From positions 17,174,001 to 17,238,000 of the forward strand of contig OZ024742.1 of NCBI GenBank assembly GCA_964016885.1: a stretch of 64,000 nt of DNA. The letters are read 5' to 3'. The translations under genes were made by a program, and so were the position numbers. Below are positions 1 to 13,300 of this stretch, in pieces; positions within the stretch are counted from its first letter, which is position 1; every line of letters starts with the position of its first letter. The DNA comes from Eledone cirrhosa. Lineage: Eukaryota. The notes below the pieces were generated by a model. That model was given only the letters and a program-made list of their open reading frames with translations. It had not been told where the DNA came from and ran no database searches.

Positions 1-275
1 TTATTTTTAAATTTTCTCATTCCTTGTATTTTGATCATGCTTTATTTTTATTTATTATTTATTATATTTTTTGTCTTTATTTGTTAATTTTTCATTCACA
101 CCGTTTCCTTTCGCTATATGTCTCTCCACCACTCCCCTACACACCTTTTGAACTCTCACCTGAAGAAGGGCTTATGCCCGAAACGTCGTCCCCCACCTAC
201 CCCCCACTCTCCTGAGCGTGAATTTAATAAACATTTGTCGTACTGCCTCTCTGTTCTGTCCCTGTTCAATTTTTC

Positions 276-280
<5 letters not shown>
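1..280 (+). mobile_element. Penelope-like terminal repeat (pLTR) fragment with minimal hammerhead core
   Basis: CTGAAGA-A-GGGC-TTAT-GCCC-GAAAC-GTC at 160-187, then AATAAA, then (TA)n. An inverted near-identical copy lies at 8466-8742. Confidence 0.7.
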
Positions 281-328
<48 letters not shown>

Positions 329-332
<4 letters not shown>

Positions 333-459
333 AAAGAGATGAAATCGAAAATGCAACTGAAAAGCAGAACTGCGAAACCGGTAAAGGAACCAAATAAATA
401 TATATATTTAAAAAAAAAAATAAGACTTCAGTTACATTTTCGATTTCATCTCTTTTTCT
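329..459 (+). mobile_element. Penelope-derived mini-element: inverted repeats around a truncated hammerhead
   Basis: About 33-bp inverted repeat (329-361 / 427-459, 1 mismatch) flanks CTGAAAA-GCAG-AA-CTGC-GAAAC-CG-GTA (357-383) and AATAAA. Confidence 0.55.
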
Positions 460-533
460 TTATACTTCCACTCGTGTAGGACACCTCGGTTATTTTTCAT
501 TTTGTAAAAAAAACCCTCACTTTCTAATATATA

Positions 534-601
<68 letters not shown>

Positions 602-640
602 AATGAAAAATCGGTGATGCATCTGAACTCAATTTATTGT

Positions 641-729
641 GTGTTACAATTGTTTCGCAGGCCGGCAGCTCGAGACAAAATCATCGTACGGATCTGTCTG
701 ATTCTGAACCTGCAGGTTCCTCGGACACT
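641..729 (-). ncRNA. Hammerhead-ribozyme-like motif (type I, core mutated) in a PLE-like mini-element
   Basis: Minus strand reads GTGT-CCGAGGA-acctGCAGG...CCTGC-GAAAC-AATT-GTA-ACAC, then AATAAA. Stem III is palindromic (ACAATTGT). Confidence 0.55.
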
Positions 730-848
730 TGTAATAATTTCGGATCAAATTTTCTCACTCGCTTTTATATTATATCACACTCTGCTCTGTAAGAACATAG
801 AGTGCTCAAACGGCATACCACCTATGGAAGCATCATAGCTACCATTAG

Positions 849-927
<79 letters not shown>

Positions 928-936
928 TATATACAC

Positions 937-1019
<83 letters not shown>

Positions 1020-1022
1020 CAC

Positions 1023-1070
<48 letters not shown>

Positions 1071-1170
1071 AAGTATGTGTTCCTACGTGTAAAAAATACA
1101 TATAGGGATACAAGTATTATCCAACAGTATGCCAATATCGTTCTATGGTCCGTTAATAAATTAACAAGCC

Positions 1171-1201
<31 letters not shown>

Positions 1202-1223
1202 TATATATACATATATATATATG

Positions 1224-1366
<143 letters not shown>

Positions 1367-1590
1367 CCACAAAGTATCCCAACTTTATATTTTTATATAT
1401 ATATATTATTTATGTATTTTCTTATATATATATGTGTGTGTGTGTGTATGTGTGTGTATGTGTATATATATATGTGTGTGTATGTGTATATATATATATG
1501 TACTTACTTTGAATAACTTTGAAATGTTTTGGCCAGTATTGGCCCAGGCCATGTCTAACTTAATAGCACCACCTGGCGAAGTCTTTCAAT

Positions 1591-4428
1591 TCAGGATTTG
1601 GGCACCATGGCCCATTCGAGAAGAGAATTACTGTTTGCGGAGACATATCTGGGTGTGGGTGGTTTGTCCGGGATTACTTGGAGGAATTTGTCCAAAGACT
1701 TCTTGAATTTTGTGTGATCAGTTTCTGTTTTGATGTGTCCTGGTGTGATGTTGAAGAGAGCAGGGCCAATTGAGGTGAAATAATTGTGTCGTATTGTTGT
1801 TATGAGTTGCGATTTAGATTTTTCTTTGGGACGGATAGCACGGGGCCCAAGCCTTGGGTGTATTTTGAAGGTGATGCCAACATCATTTGAGCAGTGCTGA
1901 TGAAACATTTTCCACATCATGCAGATAATATAACGCTCACGGCGACGTTGGAGTGAGTAAAGTTTCAGCTTTTCTAGTCGACCCCAGTAGTCAAGTTCTG
2001 ACATGCCATCTATCTTTTTCGTGATTGCCCTTTGGGAAGCTTCAAGTTTCATGATACTTTGTTTCGTGTGGGGAGACCACAGTGGACAACAGTATTCAAG
2101 GTGTGGTCGGGCAAAAGTGGAGAAGAGATGGATAATGGTGTGGGAATCTCTCGACTGGAAGGTTCTGAGGATCCAGGAACACATTCTGCGGGTCATGTCA
2201 ACTTTGCTGCTTATATGCGTGGCCCAGCTCATGTTGCTGTCCACGGTTACTCCAAGTCTCTGATGTTGTTAGATGCCACGAGAGTTTCACCGGAGGGAAG
2301 GGAGTACGGGAGTCTCAGAGCATCCTCTTTTCCAAAGTGGATCAGTTCGAATTTGTCTTCGTTCAGTAACATGTTGTTCTTTTCCGCCCATGGGTAACAG
2401 CCAGTAGGTCTGACTGAAGGCTTATCCGGTCATCCACGCCATTGATGACCTTTTGGAGCTTGGAATCATCAGCGAAAATTCTAATGTTGCTGTGTTTGAT
2501 GATGTCAGTGATGTCATTAATATAGATGATGAAGAGAAGTGGGCCCAACACAGTGCCTTTGGGACCCCACTACTGACTTTGGCTGGGCTGGATTTGACTC
2601 CTTCGACTACATGCTGGGTTCTGTTTGACAGGAAGCTCTTGGATGCAGTAGCTGCGTCAGGCAATCCCTTCCATTACGGAATCTATGCTGGTTGGAGTTC
2701 AGCATATTGTTACTCTCAAGGAAGTGAGTCATTTGCGATCTAACCACTCTCTCAAATACCTTATGATATGAGAGGTGAATGAGATTGGACGGTAATTCAC
2801 GGCAAGGAATTTGTTTCCTTTTTTGAAAACTGGGACAACAGACTGGGATAGAAGGTTTTCTGGCACATATCCAGCATCCAGTGAGTACCGCCACAGATTG
2901 GCAAGGGGAGATGCAGTTGGTGTTGACATGCCTTCAAGACACAAGCAGGGAACCTATCGGGACCTACTGCTGAATTATACTTGATTTCCTTTATTGCCGC
3001 TAAAACATCAGGGGCGCCAAACGTTATGTCCGATAAGGTGTAATGGGGAGTAACATCGCCGATACAGCCCAGATCGGCCATATCAGGATTGCTGAAAACA
3101 GAGCAGTATGGTTTCTGCAGTATCTCACCCATGGTTTTAGCATTGTCTTGAAGAGTGCCATTTTCATCAATTAGAGGGCCAACAGTAGAGCCAGTGATTT
3201 TGTGTTTTTTTTGCAAATGAAAAGAACACTTTGGGATTGAGTTTGATCTTCTCAATGGCCCAGGCCTCTTCAGCTCTTCTCTGATTGTTGAGATAGACAT
3301 CATATTGTTTTGGAGGTTATGTTTTTTAATCTCTAGTGATGAAATGGCAGTCAATTTGATGTGTTGCTGCTGACAGTATTTCAGCTTGTTGATTTTTTTG
3401 TTAGTTCTCTTAATTTTCCTGATGAGCGTTTTTCTATTTCTAGGGATTCTGCTCTTAGATTTGTTTATAGTTCTTTTGCACATATGTTTGTAATAGTGTT
3501 CACAAATGTCTGCCAGGATCTTTTGATGTTAGTGGGTGTGTGAGTGTGCGTGAAGGACCAGTCGACATGTGCAAGATCATGACTGATCGCTTCCCAGTTT
3601 GCATTGTGGAAATCCATAGCGTCAAATGGATGGACAGGAGAGATGACATTGGGTTTGTATATTGGACGGTGGAATCTCAGATCACAGAGAACCATGTCAT
3701 GATCAGAGAGTAGAGTTTTTTCCACTGCAATATTGTGGATAGTGTCAGTGTGATTGCTGAAAATTAAGTCTAGGACGTTTTTGTGGCACCTCGTTGGTTC
3801 GAGCACCAGTTGGGACAGGAAGAAATCATCCATGAAGTCAAGAAGCTTCCCTGTCAGAGGTTGAGGCAGAAGAACCTGGTGGCAGGCTGTTTGTGGACCA
3901 GTCAACTCCGGGGAGGTTGGAGTCCCCCATCATTAAGATGTTGTCAGGGTGACACTCTTGGATGAAACACTTTATGCTGTTGAGGCATTCCTTGAAGCAT
4001 GGGAGAGGCGTTTGGGGTGGCCTATAGAGCCCAACTACTATTAGGTTGTTGGTTTGACTGAATACAGTGACTGCTTCGCAGTATCCATTAGAAAATATGT
4101 TCATAGCTTCTGTTGAGAAAGAATTATGGACATAAATGGCAGTCCCACCCTTTCTTCTGCCAGCGCGATCAGCACGGATGGCTTTGAAATTTTTCACTTT
4201 CACCTCGGCTTCCAAGTGGAGGTTACTGAGATGGGTTTCAGTGAGGACGAAGAAAGGGATGTGGTTTAGATGGACATCAACCCAGTCCTCCAGGAATTTG
4301 ATCTTCCATTTTTGAGTATTGGTGGAAGGGCTGATGCCTTGGGCATTAAGCAAAACTGTTGAGCCGAGAGTGGATGGTTTTAATTGTTTTGGTGTGTTGT
4401 TAATTTGTTTGTTTGTTAATGGCAGCAA
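1591..4428 (-). pseudogene. LINE ORF2 (APE endonuclease + reverse transcriptase), multiply frameshifted, with an internal RT deletion
   Basis: Domain motifs are split over several ORFs. CLTQLL joins directly to SFLSNRTQ near 2640, so the DFxKAFD segment is absent. Confidence 0.85.
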
Positions 4429-4589
4429 TGGGAGTTTGTGCAGTGGTGTGATAGTGGAGGGTGGTGCATTATGGCTAAAAAAGAGGAATAAGTTTCCTGT
4501 TTAGGAGACTGTTGGTGACTGTGGTAGTGGTTATTTTTATGTAGGTTATGGTTTTTGTTTTTGCTTTAATTTTTATTTTTATTTTCATT

Positions 4590-5001
4590 TGTCCGACGGG
4601 TCCCCGGGAGATGAGTAAAGGGACAATCCCGGTGTAAACACAATCTGTCTTGCTGGGAAAATCGGCCGATTTGTGGATTCCTTGTTTGAGTTATTAGTGG
4701 TTGTGTTGGTGTTAAATTAGAATATGTATTATGGTGGTGGCTGTTTGTGGGGATAGACCGTTTTGTCCTAGGTAAATGGGTGAATTTGCAGCCACTATCC
4801 GTACATATTCTATAGCGTAGAGAGTAGCGGCAAATAATGGGGTTTCGAGTGGGTGTGTATGTGTGTTGTGAGAGGTGTAGATGATAGTTTGAGTACGTTT
4901 TGAAGACCTTTGTGGGCTGTGGGAGGGAGAGTTCTTGTATTGGTATTAGAAGGTAAATTCCTTGAGATAGCAGTAGGCAAAGATGTAGTAGTAGTAGTAG
5001 C

Positions 5002-5066
<65 letters not shown>

Positions 5067-5187
5067 GCAGAGGAGATGTTGGCAGTGGTGATGATTGGAC
5101 TGCTGGGGCAGAGAAAGGAAGAGGCGTTTCCTGCTGTGAGACAGTGGCTACTGGGAGGTCAATAGTTTCATTTAGTAGATCGGCCAT
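4590..5187 (-). pseudogene. LINE ORF1 remnant with two CCCH zinc fingers and a Thr-rich tract
   Basis: Manual translation gives NPIICRYSLRYRICTDSGCKFTHLPRTKR (about 4760-4845) and NPQIGRFSQQDRLCLHRDCPFTHLPGTRR (about 4593-4679). Confidence 0.7.
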
Positions 5188-5612
5188 TGTTGATGAATCA
5201 AGGAGTGGTTCACACTGTTGTTGATGTTGTTGTTGTTGTTGTTGTTGTTGCTGTTGTTGCTGCTGTTGTTGTTGTTGTTGTTGCTGTTGTTGTTGTAGCT
5301 GTTGTTGTTCTTGCCGTTGTTGCTGCTGTTGTTGTTGTTGCTGCTACTGGATAGCGTCCGAAGAAAAAACACACCGTAGTTTATCCAAATGTTTATTGAT
5401 TAATTTAAAAGCAACTTCGATTTGCTTTAATTTATTTTGAATCTGTTGTTCAGATCGGGTTTTCAAAAGGTGAACTGTACGTTTAGCAATTTCGTTCAGA
5501 CATGAAGCATCTATGTCTTCTGTTTGGGTAAGGCAATGCTATGTGTTTATTAGAATGTCGATTTCATTATCAGACCAGTCCTGTTTGGATTTTTGCTGGT
5601 TAGCCATTCTAG

Positions 5613-5707
<95 letters not shown>

Positions 5708-6104
5708 TGTGTGTGCGTGTGTGTGCGTGTGTGCGCGTGTGTGTGTGTGTGTTTGTTTGTGTGTGTGTTTTAGTTAAGTATTTCAATATATTTGTTTTTC
5801 TTGTGTGTGAGTGAGAAGTGTATATATAAATATGAGTATATATATATATATAAATATATTCTGGTTATTTGGTTGTTTGAAATTAATGAAATTAATGAAA
5901 AGACGAAAGTATATAATCATTTGTAGTTAAAGGAAAATGCACTCACAAGTTGGTAAACACGTGGTTTCAAATATATGAGAATATAGATGTATGTAAATGT
6001 ACATGACCGGTCAATTTGGTTTGTTTGGTTTTGTTTTTTAGCTGTGTGAGTTGCTGCTTACTCGGGGAGAGAAGTGAAAACACGTCTTTATGTATATATG
6101 CATG

Positions 6105-6146
<42 letters not shown>

Positions 6147-6268
6147 GTATATATATATTTAAGAGTTAAACAAGGTTCATATGAATACATCTAAGAATGA
6201 GTTTTACACACATACATATGTGGGTGTATGTATTTGTATGTATGTGTTTGTGTATATGTATGTATATA

Positions 6269-6353
<85 letters not shown>

Positions 6354-6477
6354 ATATATGTGTGTGTGTGTATATATATGTGTATGTGTATGTATGTGTA
6401 TATGTATATGTATATGTATGTGTATGTATGTGTGTGTATGTATTTATTTTTACGTATGTATGTGTATGTGCAATTGT

Positions 6478-7266
6478 CTCTAGACATTTCTAATAAAGCA
6501 CTTAATAACAGCGGATTTACAGAACAAATTAATTATTCCCCTACCCCCCCCCCCCCCCCCTAAAACTAACCACAATAATAGGAAAAGGAAAATTATTTGG
6601 TTTACACCCTCCTTCTCTCTAACTGTCAAAACTAATGTAGGAAGGAAATTCCTTGACCTCTTAGATAAACATGTTCCTCCTAATCATAGATATTATAAGA
6701 TATTTAATAGAAATGTACTTAAAATCAGTTACTCTTGCTGCCCATCAATGAAGTCTAAAATCACTAATTCCAATCGTACGAGAATAAATCCAGGAGGCAG
6801 TTGCAGGAAGCCGGATGAATGCCCATTACAGGGCAAATGTAACACCAAATCCGTTATATATGAGACCAAAGTGACACCTTTAATTAACAACCAGCCAGCC
6901 AGGAGTGAACGATATGTTGGCATGACCTAGGACAGGTTTAAAACCAGGTTTTATACAGATGTCGCTTCTTTTAAACACTCCGATAAAAGAACAGCAACGG
7001 CTCTCGCAAATAAGGTGCGAGAATTCAAGGATCAAAACATTCCGTACTCTATCGATTGGTCTATTTTAGACCATTCGAGGGAGTACCAAAGGGGCACAAA
7101 AAATTGTTCTTTGTGTACCACTGAAAAATTTAGTATTTTACAAAACATGAAAGCCACTTCAGCTTGCCTGAATTCCAAGACCGAGATCTTCAGATGTTGT
7201 CCTCACCTGAAATCACATCTGATCTGTAACTGGATTGACATTCCTACGATAACTCAACCACCCTGA
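6478..7266 (+). mobile_element. 5'-truncated Penelope-like element ORF fragment (linker + GIY-YIG endonuclease; possibly Naiad-type)
   Basis: RKRKIIWF..KTNVGRKFL..KIFNRN..SYSC; CRKPDECPLQGKC; VIY...YVGMT; CSLCTTEK..LNSKTE..CPH. In-frame TAG at 6928-6930. Confidence 0.85.
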
Positions 7267-7505
7267 ACTTCTTCTCTGCTCTCTACGCCTTACATCCACT
7301 ACGATTTTTTTTACCTTCTGAATTCACTTTCTGTACTCTTATATTCTTTTTCTCCCTTATCTCACCTTATATTTAAACCTTTTCCTATGTCATTTATTTT
7401 CCTTATTTTTCACCCCTACTTTCTACCTTACCCTTCACATACCCACCTTTTTTATTTTTAGATATTTATTTCTGTGTGTGTGTGTGTGTGTTGCGCATAT
7501 GTGTA

Positions 7506-7566
<61 letters not shown>

Positions 7567-7675
7567 ATGTATGTTTATATATCTGTATGTATATGTATGT
7601 GTGTTTATAATTGTATTTTATATGCTTCTGTTGTATTTGTGTGTGTGTATATATATATATGTATATATATATGTG

Positions 7676-7805
<130 letters not shown>

Positions 7806-8154
7806 GTGTGGGTGTGTGCGTGTGTATATTTGTGTGTGTGTATTTTTATATAATTGTTTTTGTGTGTATATATATAATAGCCTCAGAAACGGCTTGAGCT
7901 CTGCCGTGGGGTCATACCTTTTCCTATATGTGTATATTTATACGTATATGTATGTATATGTGTGTGTATTTGTATAGTTGTGTGTGTATATATATATATA
8001 TGTATATGTATGTGTGTATGTATATGCATAATTACATACAGTGATTTAATGCTTATTTTCATTGATCTTTTGCTCCAGGAACTTCTTGAGTGCTCTAATT
8101 CAGCTATATACATTTATACCCTTTTCCAATTATTTATTTATTTATTATTTGTCG

Positions 8155-8420
8155 TATTCCCAACTTTTTATTTATATATATATATATTATTTATGTATTT
8201 TCTTATATATATATATGTGTGTGTGTATGTATGTGTGTGTATGTGTATATATATGTGTGTGTATGTGTATATATATATATATGTATATATATATTTAAGA
8301 GTTAAACAAGGTTCATATGAATACATCTAAGAATGAGTTTTACACACATACATATGTGTGTGTATGTATTTGTATGTATGTGTTTGTGTATATGCATGTA
8401 TATATGTGTGGGTGTATATA

Positions 8421-8462
<42 letters not shown>

Positions 8463-8890
8463 CATAATGGAAAAATTTGAACAGGAACAAAACAGAGAGG
8501 CAGTACAACGAATGTTTATTAATTTCACGCTCTGGAGAGTGGGGTGTTGGTGGGGAACGACGTTTCGGGCATAAGCCCTTCCTCAGGTGAGAAGTGTGTG
8601 GGAACAGAGTTCAAAGGGTGTGTAGGGGAGTGGTGGAGAGACATATAGCGAAAGGAAACGGTGCGAATGAAATTAAAAATAAAAATAAAAATAAAAATAA
8701 AAATAAAGCATGATCAAAATACAAGTAATGAAATAAATTTAAATATAAAAGCATGTATATGTGTATATAAGTGTGTGTGTGTGAAAGTATATGCGTATGT
8801 GTATGTATGTGTATATGTATATGTATATGTATGTGTATGTGTGTGTGTGTATGTATTTATTTTTACGTATGTATGTGTATGTGCAATTGT
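8155..8890 (+). repeat. Segment duplicated at 1376-1499 + 6089-6477
   Basis: Shared non-microsatellite anchors: cccaacttt..tatttatgtattttctt; aagagttaaacaaggttcatatgaatacatctaagaatgagttttacac; ttttacgtatgtatgtgtatgtgcaattgt. Confidence 0.75.
8466..8742 (-). mobile_element. Penelope-like pLTR, inverted copy of 1-280
   Basis: Reverse complement aligns with 1-280. Hammerhead core CTGAGGA-A-GGGC-TTAT-GCCC-GAAAC-GTC at 8586-8559. Confidence 0.75.
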
Positions 8891-10116
8891 GTGTATTGCT
8901 TACCGCGTGTGTTTGTTCATTTATTTGTTGCCTGTATCGCTGTCAACTTTATAATTTTTATATTCATTTTTATTCTTATGTGACGGTATTTTTATTATTA
9001 GATTTTTTCTTATAATTATTTGTGTGTGCGCGTATGTAGGTGTGTGTACATACATCTATATTTGTGCCTGCGTATGTATGCGTGTATATATGTGTATGTA
9101 TGTGTGTGTATGTACGTGTGTGTATATGAGGGAGCTTATAGATAGGACAACACACGCTGTCTTTTCGTGGGGTAAGTTTTTAATTAATTTTTGTATTCTG
9201 AAACATCAAAATACAACAATTTTTGGTCACTGGACTCGGGAATGTCACGACAGAAGTTTGTGGAAGTTACACAAATATTTTAGTATATTTTAGCAGAGCA
9301 ATCCTTATTTATATTTTACATTTTACATTTACTTACATCTCAATATAACATGGCTAAAATTCAAATTTTGCAAAGAGAAGAAAACGGTCAAATGAACTAG
9401 ATACATCTCACTGTCCCCACCACCACAATAACGTCTACACTCTCTCCCCACCATCACATGTCATTACTATACCATACCCTATCTAGACTAAAGTCATCGA
9501 CTTGTCAAACTCTCTACTCTCTGTTGAATGTGTATATATATATATGTGTGTATGTATATGTGTGTATATACATCACTCAGTCAAACGACCAAATTTCAAC
9601 CCCAACATCTACAACAACAACAACACCGGCACTAATGTTTACAGCAACAACAGCTTCAGAATGAACTGAAATGAACATTTACAACAACAGCGGCATCAAA
9701 ACATAAAAAAAGGAAGGGAAAAGAAAAGAAAAGAAAAGGAAAAAAAAAAAAAAACTCAAAATAACAAAACACACACACGCGCACAACACAACAACAACAT
9801 CAACTGCCACCACCGCCACCGCCGCCATCACCATCACCAGCGATCGGGCCTTAAGAAAACAACTTTAATAATAATTTTTCTGCTTTTGGCACGGATCCAG
9901 CGACTGGGCAGCGCATCACTCTCTTTTGTTGACTCCGTGGGGTTGAAGGGCAAAGTTGATCTCGGCGGGATTTGAGCTCAGAGCGTGGGGAGCCATAACT
10001 CTATGCTGTAAAGCAATTATAATAATACTGGACTGTAATACGATCGGCTTCAACTATACAAACTCTTGAAAGTCAACAGTTGACATAATCTTGTAATCTT
10101 GTATCAGTAATGACGG

Positions 10117-10211
<95 letters not shown>

Positions 10212-10346
10212 CGTGTAAGTGAGTAGAGTAGCGTGTGTGTGTGTTTGTTTGTATGTATGTGTTGTTGTGTGCGCGCATATGTGTGCGTGTGTGTGTATGT
10301 CGTACGTATAAGTGTCAATAAGTGAGTTTTTTTTTTTTTTTTTTTT

Positions 10347-13300
10347 GCGCTGGATGCCCGATCGCGCAGTTAAATCAATGGGAGTGAAGAACCCCTAGCC
10401 CTTGTCAGGGCATTCTTCTAGGAGAAGGCATCTCAGGAAACTGGGTTAACTCCGATATAAAACCTGCGGCTCAGTAGTTACCGATGATGTTGATCTTTTC
10501 TTCATTTCGGGTTATAACTACTGTCGCTCAGAGAGTGGGATTGGCTCAGTGCACAGACTTTCCTCACTTTAAAAATATTCGTCACGCACAGGCATTGCAC
10601 GAGTGCATTAATAATTATTAATAGTGTACTATTATTATTATTATTATTATTACTATTATTATTACTTTTTTTTTTTTTTTTTCCAATTCAATGATGTTCC
10701 AGAACAATGTAAAAGAGATAATTGGCAATTTAGGTTCTGGAACAAAAAAGATCATTGGCAATAAGGGCAGGGGCCCCAAGTTATCACAGCCTGGGCCCGC
10801 TCGTCATAGTGCCATTGTAATAGAGCCAAACAAGGCATTTAGTCTTGGCTGCTGGAACGTACGGACGCTGCTTGACAGGGATTCCTTGGAGCGTCCTGAA
10901 CGAAGGACCGCTCTTGTTGCAAAGGAGCTTCGACGTTACGTCTTGACATCGTGGCTTTATCTGAGACGAGGTTAGCTGGAGATGGTCATCTTACGGAATT
11001 TTGTGGAGAATATACATTCTTCTGGAAAGGAAGAGATGAAGGAACCAGAAGAGAGGCTGGGTAGGATTTGCTGTTAAGACTGTACTTGTGAATAAATTAG
11101 AAGAATTCCCAGTAGGGATTAGTGAGCGTCTTATGTCCATGAGAGTTCCGCTGGACAAAGGAAGATATGCTACCCTGGTGAGTGTGTATGCTCCAACTAT
11201 GAATTCTGTCGATGAAGAAAAACTGTCCTTTTACCATGCCTTGAAAGGTGTTCTAAGAAATATCCCTCAGGCAGACAAAGTCATCGTGCTTGGTGACTTT
11301 AATGCTAGAGTGGGTAGGGATTTTAACACATGGAATGTAATCGGAAGGCATGGGGTTGGAAAGTGTAACAGCAATGGTATACTCCTGCTGCAGATGTGTG
11401 AGGAGCTGGATCTGTGTGTTACCAACACCATGTTCCAACAAAAGAACAAATTCAAGACCACATGGATGCATCCTGCATCTAAGGAATGGCATCTTTTGGA
11501 CTACGTCCTAGTCAGGGTGCGTGACAGACAGGATCTGCAGTGTGTTCGTGTTCTTCGTGGAGCTGAGTGCTGGACGGACCACCGCCTGGTACGCGCAAAA
11601 GTGAAACTAATCACCAAACGTAAAATCCGGGCTCCTGGTGTTACCCTGCCCAAAAGATTGAATGCTGCTCGTCTTAAGGATAAAAATGTGAAGAGGACAT
11701 TGGAAGAAGAGATGCAGGCTGCAGATCTTGGTGAGGATTGGCTGACCCTTAAAAAGTCGGTTTATGATGTAGGCAGGCGTGTTCTGGGATTGGTGCAGAG
11801 AAAACATCAGGACTGGTTTAATGAGAATGATGTACATATAGAAGACTTGTTGGCTGATAAGAGGCGTGCTCTGTCACGCTACTTGACGGCAAAACCACAG
11901 GAGAGGAATACGTTGCATGAGGAGCTCAGGGATGTAAAATCACGTGTTAGGCGGAGTCTTTCTCAGATGAAGGATCAGTGGTGGAGTGAGAAGGCCGGTG
12001 AGATACGAACTGCGTCAGATTCCAATAACACAAAGTTGTTGTACAGTCTCTTGCGTGAGGTTTATGGACCGTCCTCTTCTCTGGTGACACCGCTTCGCAG
12101 CAAGGATGGCAAAGAGCTTCTTCGTGACTCACAGGGAATTCTACGAAGGTGGCGAGAGCACTTTGATGATATTTTGAATCAGCCGTCTGTCGTCAGTGAA
12201 GATTTCCTCAATCTCATTCCAGAAAGTCCTGTGAAAGTAGCTCTCGCAAAACCGCCGACGCTTGTGGAGGTTGCAGTGGCTATTTCGAAACTGAACAGTG
12301 GAAGATCTCCAGGTATGGATGGCATACATGCTGAGCTCCTACAATATGGTGGTGAGAGACTCCTGCAACATCTGCACTCTTTGTTTGGAAGGATATGGGC
12401 TAATGAATCCGTACCTGAGGACTGGAGAGATGCAGTAATGGTGGTCTTGTACAAGGGAAAGGGTAACAGGAATGATTGTGGGAACTACAGAGGTATATCA
12501 TTGCTTTCTGTCGTAGGGAAAGTTTTATGTAGGGTGCTTCTGGACCGTCTGCTGACACACATTGCAGATTGTGTTCTTCCTGAAAGTCAATCTGGTTTAC
12601 GTGCTGGACGCGGCACTACTGATACGATCTTCTCAGCTAGACAGCTCCAGGAGAAGTGCATTGAACAAGGCTTGGATCTGTATCAGGTTTTTGTCGATCT
12701 GACAAAGGCTTTCGATACTGTCAACAGAGATGCATTATGGAAGGTTCTCCAGAAACTTGGTTGCCCTGATAAGTTCCTTGCTTTAGTTAGGTCTTTCCAT
12801 GACGACATGAAGGCTTGGGTTAATGTCGGTGGTAACATGTCGGAGCCTATCTCAGTAAAAAATGGAGTGAAACAGGGGGATATTCCAGCACCGACCCTGT
12901 TTGCCATATACTTTGCAATGGTTTTCTGTATTGCATTCAGGAATTGCGAGCATAGTGTTTACATCCGATATCGAACCTCAGGCAGCATATTAAACATCAG
13001 GCGCTTTGCTGCGAAGACAAAAGTATTTACATCAATCATAAGAGACCTCTTGTATGCAGATGATTGCGATCTTGTAGCGCACACAGAGAGTGATATGCAG
13101 CACATTTTGAATGCATTTTCTGACGCTTGCACTGCCCTGTGTTTGACTGTCAGTCTCAAGAAAACCGTCGTCATGTACCAACCTGCCCCTAGTAAGCAGT
13201 ACACTGAACCAAACATCTATGTGTATGGCAAACGACTTGGAGTGGTTGATCAGTTTGTCTACCTGGGAAGCACTGTCAATCGATACGGCAACCTTGACAG

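Larger units (their letters stand above)
1500..6088 (-). mobile_element. Near full-length, decayed CR1-group (CR1/L2/Daphne-like) LINE
   Basis: APE motifs (LLNAQG, LTETHL, GLYRPP, MGDSN, LDLIFS, LSDHD at 3465-4428). RT motifs (NYRPIS, LGPLLFIIYIND, FADD at 2363-2944). C-terminal RPHLEY..WSPH, LYSLQRRRERY at 1591-2244. Short 3' UTR with hairpin ends near 1500. The flanks rejoin into one host segment. Confidence 0.88.

Noticed and set aside
6928-6930. Selenocysteine readthrough in the Penelope-like ORF (known in some Naiads)
   Set aside because: The stop is TAG, not TGA, and the copy is truncated and frameshifted.
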